In this document: in pieces, positions 29,475 to 34,577 of the stretch
Numbering within the stretch: position 1 is the first letter of the stretch
Layout of the letters: the number at the start of each line of letters is the position of its first letter
NCBI GenBank assembly: GCA_049642665.1
Contig: JBARPA010000329.1
Location: 1 to 34,577 of the forward strand
Reading direction: 5' to 3'
Source: Candidatus Zixiibacteriota bacterium
GTDB taxonomy: Bacteria > Zixibacteria > MSB-5A5 > SM23-73-2
DNA: 34,577 bases
Position numbers and translations under genes: made by a program
Notes under the pieces: generated by a model
Told to the model about the DNA's origin: nothing
The model's input: the letters and a program-made list of their open reading frames with translations, nothing else
Database searches by the model: none

Positions 29475-31943
29475 CTACTGTTTAAAAGACTTCTGAATAT
29501 CCTTTCTATCCTCTGGAGTAACAACTATCTTAAATGAGAGGTTCTCCTCTTCTTCCTTTTTATCTATTACTACGTGGCAATCGCCTGCGAATTGGCCTTT
29601 TAGTATCTCCTCAGCCAACGGATCCTCCAAAAACTTCTGGATGACCCGTTTCAAGGGACGTGCACCAAAAACAGGATCGTAACCTTTTTCCGCCAGGAAT
29701 TTTTTGGCTTTCGGGGAAAGCTCAAAGGAGATTCCCCTATCAGCTAATCTTTTAGCTACATCAGTTAAAAGTATATCTACGATCTCCATAATCTGAGGCA
29801 TACCCAAGGGTTTGAAGACTATAATCTCATCGATTCTATTCAAAAGCTCAGGGTTAAAGGTTTTTTTCACCTGATCGATGATCCTCTGTTTCATCTGTTC
29901 ATAGGATGATTCTATATCATCCTTTTTAAATCCTAAGCCTTTACCGGATTTTACCTCCCTGGTTCCCATATTGGAGGTCATGATTACCACAGTATTCTTG
30001 AAATCCACTTTCCTGCCAAAACTATCGGTTAAGGTGCCGTCATCCAGCATCTGTAAAAGTATGTTGAAGACCTCTGGATGGGCTTTCTCGATCTCATCCA
30101 AAAGAACCACCGAATAAGGTTTTCTTCTCACCTTTTCGGTTAACTGACCTCCTTCCTCGTAGCCCACGTATCCTGGAGGGGCACCGATGAGCCTGGAGAC
30201 GGAGAACTTCTCCATATATTCGGACATATCTATCCGCACCAGAGATTCCTCATCCTCAAACAGAAAGGCAGCTAGAGCTCGACCCAGCTCGGTTTTTCCC
30301 ACGCCGGTGGGTCCCAGAAAGATAAAGGATCCGATGGGACGTCGAGGATCGCCTAATCCTGCTCTGGATCTGCGGATAGCTTTGGTTATGGCTGAGATGG
30401 CTTCCACCTGACCCACAATCCTCTTTGTGAGTTCCTGCTCCATTCTCAAGAGCTTTTTAGATTCCTTCTCCTCCAATCTGAAAACAGGTATGCCGGTCAT
30501 CTTGGAGACCACCATGGCTACATCCTCCGCTGTAAGTTTCACCGTTTGTTTTTTCCGTTCCTCCTCCCATTTTTTCCTCATCTGCTCCAGTTCCTCTTTT
30601 TTGAATTTGAGATCATCTCTGAGCTGGGCAGCTTTTTCGAACTCCTGATTTTTTACGGCCTCCTCCTTCTTTTTCTGGATCTCCTGGATAGTCTGCTCCA
30701 GTTCGTCGAATTCCGGAGGTTTGGTGTAGGAGCTTAGATGGACTCTTGAGCCAGCTTCGTCTATCACGTCAATAGCTTTATCCGGCTGGAACTTACCGGA
30801 GATATATCTGTCGGACAGCCCCACTGCAGCTCCAATGGCCTCATCTTTTATCTTTATCTTGTGGTGTTCCTCATATCTGAGCCTCAATCCCTTGAGTATC
30901 TTAACCGTATCCTCGGTGTTGGGAGGATCAACCATTACGGTCTGAAACCTGCGTTCTAAAGCTCCATCCTTTTCAATATATTTCCTGTATTCATTCAGGG
31001 TAGTGGCTCCGATGCATTGGATCTCCCCTCTGGAAAGGGCGGGCTTGAAGATATTGGATGCATCTAAGGACCCTTCAGCTCCACCTGCACCTACTATGGT
31101 ATGAAGCTCATCGATGAATATGATAACATCTTTGGAGTTCATAATCTCGTTCATTACCGCTTTCATTCGCTCCTCGAATTGCCCTCTATATTTTGTTCCG
31201 GCAACCAGAGAGGCCATATCCAGGGTAACGATTCTTCTGTTCTCCAGTGTTTGTGGAACTTTTCCTTTTACCACCCTCTGGGCTAGTCCCTCAATGATAG
31301 CTGTCTTTCCCACACCGGGTTCGCCTAACAGTACCGGATTGTTCTTTTTCCTTCTGGAGAGAATCTGGGAGACCCTTTCTATCTCGTCGTCCCGTCCGAT
31401 AATGGGATCCAGTTTATCCCTTCTGGCCAGCTCGGTTAAATCCCTTCCAAAATGGTCCAGAGCCGGGGTTTTGCTTTTCTTGCGTTTTTTTCCGAAAGAG
31501 GAGGGTCTTCCGGCCTTGATGTTCTTAAGCTCCTCATAAACCTCCTTGTAGTCAATATCATATTGAGAGAGGACCTGAGAGGCCACTCCTTCCTCGTCTC
31601 TCAAAAGGGCTAAAAGGAGATGCTCGGTATCTATTTCTTTGGCTCTTAAAGCCCTGGCCTCCTGAGCTGAAAGCTCCAGGGTCTTTTTCGCTCGAGGGGT
31701 TAGGGGAAGCTGACCCATGGTCAGGGTTCCGCCTGAAGGCTGAACCACATCCTCCACTGCCTGTTTGAGTTCGTTTAAATCAATCCCGATATTCTGAAGA
31801 CATTCAATGGCATATCCTTCTCCCAATCTGACCAGGCCCAAAAGGAGATGCTCGGTTCCTATATAGTCATGTCTGAGTCGGGCCGCCTCATCCCGGGAGT
31901 ACTCGATTGCTCTTCGCGCTCTTTCGGAAAACATTTCGTTCAT
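29475..31943 (-). CDS. clpC: ATP-dependent Clp protease ATP-binding subunit ClpC
   Basis: It has an N-terminal double Clp_N repeat, Walker A motifs GEPGVGKTA and GPTGVGKTE, a UVR-like [10 protein letters not shown] linker between AAA modules, and a C-terminal ClpB_D2-small region. Confidence 0.95.
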   Translation of the reverse strand: MNEMFSERARRAIEYSRDEAARLRHDYIGTEHLLLGLVRLGEGYAIECLQNIGIDLNELKQAVEDVVQPSGGTLTMGQLPLTPRAKKTLELSAQEARALRAKEIDTEHLLLALLRDEEGVASQVLSQYDIDYKEVYEELKNIKAGRPSSFGKKRKKSKTPALDHFGRDLTELARRDKLDPIIGRDDEIERVSQILSRRKKNNPVLLGEPGVGKTAIIEGLAQRVVKGKVPQTLENRRIVTLDMASLVAGTKYRGQFEERMKAVMNEIMNSKDVIIFIDELHTIVGAGGAEGSLDASNIFKPALSRGEIQCIGATTLNEYRKYIEKDGALERRFQTVMVDPPNTEDTVKILKGLRLRYEEHHKIKIKDEAIGAAVGLSDRYISGKFQPDKAIDVIDEAGSRVHLSSYTKPPEFDELEQTIQEIQKKKEEAVKNQEFEKAAQLRDDLKFKKEELEQMRKKWEEERKKQTVKLTAEDVAMVVSKMTGIPVFRLEEKESKKLLRMEQELTKRIVGQVEAISAITKAIRRSRAGLGDPRRPIGSFIFLGPTGVGKTELGRALAAFLFEDEESLVRIDMSEYMEKFSVSRLIGAPPGYVGYEEGGQLTEKVRRKPYSVVLLDEIEKAHPEVFNILLQMLDDGTLTDSFGRKVDFKNTVVIMTSNMGTREVKSGKGLGFKKDDIESSYEQMKQRIIDQVKKTFNPELLNRIDEIIVFKPLGMPQIMEIVDILLTDVAKRLADRGISFELSPKAKKFLAEKGYDPVFGARPLKRVIQKFLEDPLAEEILKGQFAGDCHVVIDKKEEEENLSFKIVVTPEDRKDIQKSFKQ

Positions 31944-32034
31944 CGAACCTTCCTCGCTTTTAAAAGCTCCTCCTTCATCATTAATTTACGAAGAAATCGA
32001 AAAAAGTCAAAGGTTATTTGTGAAAAAGTAAATG

Positions 32035-33081
32035 CTAACCTTTCAATTTTGTTCTAACCAGTTCAGCCCGAACCGCATCCCGCTCATTGGTGGTCATTTC
32101 CCGAGCATACATTTTCTGGAGATGAGCAGGTTGGGACAAAAGCAGAAGCTCATTTATAAGGCCTAAAGGAATATCATTTAAGGTTTTCATCCCTATCCCT
32201 AACCTTATGGCGGATAGCAAATTCATAACCTCAGAGGAGGTCAGGACCCGGGCATGGGTTAATATTCCATATGATCTCCAGATTTTATCCTCAATTTGTT
32301 CTTTGGCATCATTGTACAGGGTGGTTCTGGCATTGTGTTCATATTCAATGATCTGTTGGGTTACCCTTTCCAGATCTCCGATTATGTCCTCCTCGGATCT
32401 TCCTAAGGTCCTCTGGTTGGAAATCTGAAAAAGGTTGCCCAGAACATCCGTTCCCTCCCCATAAAAACCTCTAACGGTCAACCCCACTCTGGAAATTCTA
32501 CTGATAACTTTCTCAATTTCACGTGTCAGGACCAGCCCCGGAAGATGCACCAAAACCGAAGCTCTCATTCCCGTGCCCACATTGGTGGGGCAGGAGGTTA
32601 AATAACCAAAACTGGAATCATAATCAAACTGCAGTGAATGAGCCAGCTCATCATCCGCTATGTCTGCTGCTTCCCAGCTGGATTTTATGTCCAGCCCGGA
32701 TTTGATAGCCTGAATTCTGAGATGATCCTCCTCATTTACCATAATGCTTACGCTTTCATCCCGGTCAATAAAAATGCCCCTGGCGCTTTGGGCCTTTGAA
32801 AACTCGGGACTGATCAGATGCCTTTCCATTAAAAAGCTCATATCCAGGGCTGAAAGCTCACCGGAGCTGCAAAAATAACCTTGCTTTAGTTTTTCCGTTT
32901 TATCGATGGCTGTTTTCACGTAGGCCAGAACCTTTTCCCTGGTATCGGTATCTGCCACCGGAGGAAAGGGAAAGGTGGTGATGTTACGAGCCAATCTCAC
33001 CCTGCTGGATAAAACTATCTCAGCACTTTTTCCTTCTCCGGAAAGCCAGGAGGCGGATTTTTTTACCAGATTGTCAAACAT
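32035..33081 (-). CDS. mcsB: Protein arginine kinase McsB
   Basis: The ATP:guanido phosphotransferase core (SSRVRLARN, NEEDHLRIQ, CPTNVGTGMRASV, ISNQRTLG) sits between mcsA and clpC. Confidence 0.9.
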   Translation of the reverse strand: MFDNLVKKSASWLSGEGKSAEIVLSSRVRLARNITTFPFPPVADTDTREKVLAYVKTAIDKTEKLKQGYFCSSGELSALDMSFLMERHLISPEFSKAQSARGIFIDRDESVSIMVNEEDHLRIQAIKSGLDIKSSWEAADIADDELAHSLQFDYDSSFGYLTSCPTNVGTGMRASVLVHLPGLVLTREIEKVISRISRVGLTVRGFYGEGTDVLGNLFQISNQRTLGRSEEDIIGDLERVTQQIIEYEHNARTTLYNDAKEQIEDKIWRSYGILTHARVLTSSEVMNLLSAIRLGIGMKTLNDIPLGLINELLLLSQPAHLQKMYAREMTTNERDAVRAELVRTKLKG

Positions 33082-33087
33082 AGGTAT

Positions 33088-33591
33088 TTAATCCTTACTT
33101 CTGGATATAGCTTTGATCTTATCCCTGATCTGAGCGGCCATTTCGAAATTCTCGGATTCGATGGCCTTTTGGAGCTCCTCCTCCAATTTCTTTTCCTCCC
33201 TTATGGGCTTCATTACATCCCCGTAAGCCGGAGGGATCTTTCCCCGGTGCAGATCCGATCCGTGAATTTTCCTCAAAAGGATTCTCAGCTGATCCCGGAA
33301 GACCTTATAGCAATTGCCACAACCTAATCTTCCAGCCTTGCCGAAATCTGAGAAGGCTATTCCGCACTTGGAACACCGCTGGCTTTTAAGTGTTTTAGAA
33401 TCCTTTAGAACTCCTTTATCCATAATGCTGGACAGGATTTCAGCAAGAGGAAAAGCAGCTCCTCCCAGAGGGGAGTGAAACCCTCTCTTCTCCGCACACT
33501 CATCGCACAGATTCAGAGTTATTTTTTCGTTGTTGATTATCTGGGTCAGATGAACCGTTGCCTCTCTTTTTCCACAATCCTGACAGAGCAT
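33088..33591 (-). CDS. mcsA: McsA-like protein (zinc fingers plus UVR motif)
   Basis: It has four CxxC pairs (CQDCGK, CDEC, CSKCG, CGNC) and a C-terminal UVR motif, ENFEMAAQIRDKIKAI. Confidence 0.85.
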   Translation of the reverse strand: MLCQDCGKREATVHLTQIINNEKITLNLCDECAEKRGFHSPLGGAAFPLAEILSSIMDKGVLKDSKTLKSQRCSKCGIAFSDFGKAGRLGCGNCYKVFRDQLRILLRKIHGSDLHRGKIPPAYGDVMKPIREEKKLEEELQKAIESENFEMAAQIRDKIKAISRSKD

Positions 33592-33605
33592 AAATTTTCC
33601 TTTGT

Positions 33606-34319
33606 TTAAATTAACTCGGCCTTTCCATCCTTAAGTCTATAGATTCTTTTGGCTCTTTGAGCCAACTCCTGATTGTGGGTGGCTAAGACTATGGTCTGAT
33701 CCCTTTTCTGGTTCAACTGGGTGAAGAGCTGGTGCAGGTTCTCCTTGTTATCCTTGTCCAGATTTCCAGAGGGTTCATCCGCAACCAGGATCTGAGGACT
33801 GTTTATTAAAGCTCTGGCCACCGCTACCCTCTGCTGTTCACCACCGGACAGCTCACCCGGTCGGTGATCCTCTCTTTCCATTAATCCCACCTCAGCCAGA
33901 ATCTCCTTTCCCTTTTTTCTAACTTTCTCTATTTCCTCGCCGCCGATCAGCTTGGGCATAAGCACGTTTTCCAGAGCAGTAAATTCGGGCAGAAGATGAT
34001 GAAACTGAAAAACAAAGCCGATGGTTCTGTTTCTGAAATGCGCCAGCTCCCTCTCATCCATGGAGAATATGTCGGTTGAGTTCAAGCTCACCTTTCCTTT
34101 ATTAGGTCGGTCTAAAGCTCCCAGGATATGAAGTAAGGTACTTTTTCCTACACCCGAAGCTCCGACCACAGCTACCATTTCCCCCCTATATATACGGAGA
34201 TTTACACCTCTTAATACATCCAGCCTTTCCGATCCGGTTTGAAAGCTTTTGTGTATGTCGATTCCTTCTAAAATTACCTCATTTTGTTCCACGCTTTTAC
34301 TATAGTTATTTTCGCCCAA
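33606..34319 (-). CDS. lolD: LolD-like ABC transporter ATP-binding protein
   Basis: Walker A is GASGVGKST, the signature is LSGGEQQRV, and Walker B is ILVADEP. It follows a LolC/E-type permease. The start codon is uncertain (TTG at 34319, or the in-frame GTG 8 codons in), and neither has a clear SD. Confidence 0.8.
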   Translation of the reverse strand: MGENNYSKSVEQNEVILEGIDIHKSFQTGSERLDVLRGVNLRIYRGEMVAVVGASGVGKSTLLHILGALDRPNKGKVSLNSTDIFSMDERELAHFRNRTIGFVFQFHHLLPEFTALENVLMPKLIGGEEIEKVRKKGKEILAEVGLMEREDHRPGELSGGEQQRVAVARALINSPQILVADEPSGNLDKDNKENLHQLFTQLNQKRDQTIVLATHNQELAQRAKRIYRLKDGKAELI

Positions 34320-34380
34320 TTTGGCAATATTTTTAATTTAAATAGTTTTTTGGTTGCAAATTCACTGTTCTAATTTTGCT

Positions 34381-34577
34381 CTATTCATATCTTATGGCAT
34401 CCACCGGAGCCAACTCCGATGCCCTTTTGGCAGGGTATATGGTTGCCAGAAAAGTAATTCCCAAAGCAGCTACTGCCACCAGGATAAAATCAGAAGCTCT
34501 CATATCGATGGGCAGGGAACTGATAAAGTATATCTCAGCGGGCAGGGATATAACCTGGAAGGTCTTTTGAACCCAGC
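34381..34577 (-). CDS. C-terminal fragment of a LolC/E (FtsX-family) permease, extending beyond the window
   Basis: Minus-strand translation gives ...DFILVAVAALGITFLATIYPAKRASELAPVDAIRYE*, the typical FtsX/LolE C-terminus. The plus-strand track ORF 34376-34570 is antisense noise. Confidence 0.8.
   Translation of the reverse strand, partial: WVQKTFQVISLPAEIYFISSLPIDMRASDFILVAVAALGITFLATIYPAKRASELAPVDAIRYE

Noticed and set aside
29475-31943. Several + strand ORFs of 60-141 aa inside clpC (30187, 30427, 30546, 31101, 31114), and similar antisense ORFs inside other long genes (3181, 4006, 7317, 7823, 10109, 14341, 16564, 19597, 23178, 27029, 28620 and others)
   Set aside because: All lie fully within, and antisense to, or out of frame with, confidently recognised genes. 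They have low-complexity translations and no ribosome-binding sites.
34376-34570. Track ORF (64 aa, + strand) at the window end
   Set aside because: The opposite strand encodes an unmistakable FtsX/LolE C-terminus (...YPAKRASELAPVDAIRYE*), so the plus-strand ORF is antisense noise.

Overview
The window has two parts. Bases 1-14,900 are an accessory region. It holds eleven short gene units, all on the + strand and functionally unrelated: an Mrr-like nuclease, a DUF6884-like plus GIY-YIG pair, a CPA2 antiporter, a nucleotidyltransferase/CDP-alcohol transferase fusion, a secreted HEXXH protein, methyltransferases, an alpha/beta hydrolase, two GNATs, two DUF3795 proteins and a membrane protein. 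Almost every unit is separated from the next by copies of one modular, strongly structured repeat family in a single orientation. This looks like an integron-type cassette array without an integrase in view: several repeat modules end in GTTRRRY-like motifs 27-70 nt upstream of the next start codon. However, the individual hairpins carry the REP signature (a GC-rich palindrome abutting GTAG/CTAC), are assembled like BIME mosaics, and do not fold into an obvious canonical attC stem. I cannot decide between these readings without tools, and this is the main thing to follow up. Bases 14,900-34,577 look like ordinary core genome of a low-GC, probably uncultivated bacterium. They contain an ArsR plus an unannotated Cys-rich micro-protein, a patatin-like lipase, an ACT protein, an isochorismatase, a RibD-C reductase, a secreted TldD/PmbA pair, DUF1847, an SBBP-repeat protein, split class I fumarase, ElbB, L27, ClpC-McsB-McsA, LolD and a LolC/E fragment. 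Diverged copies of the same REP-like hairpins also occur there, flanking the SBBP gene and downstream of the fumarase genes. I found no rRNA, tRNA, CRISPR array, transposase or integrase. All functional calls come from motif recognition by eye, not from database searches.
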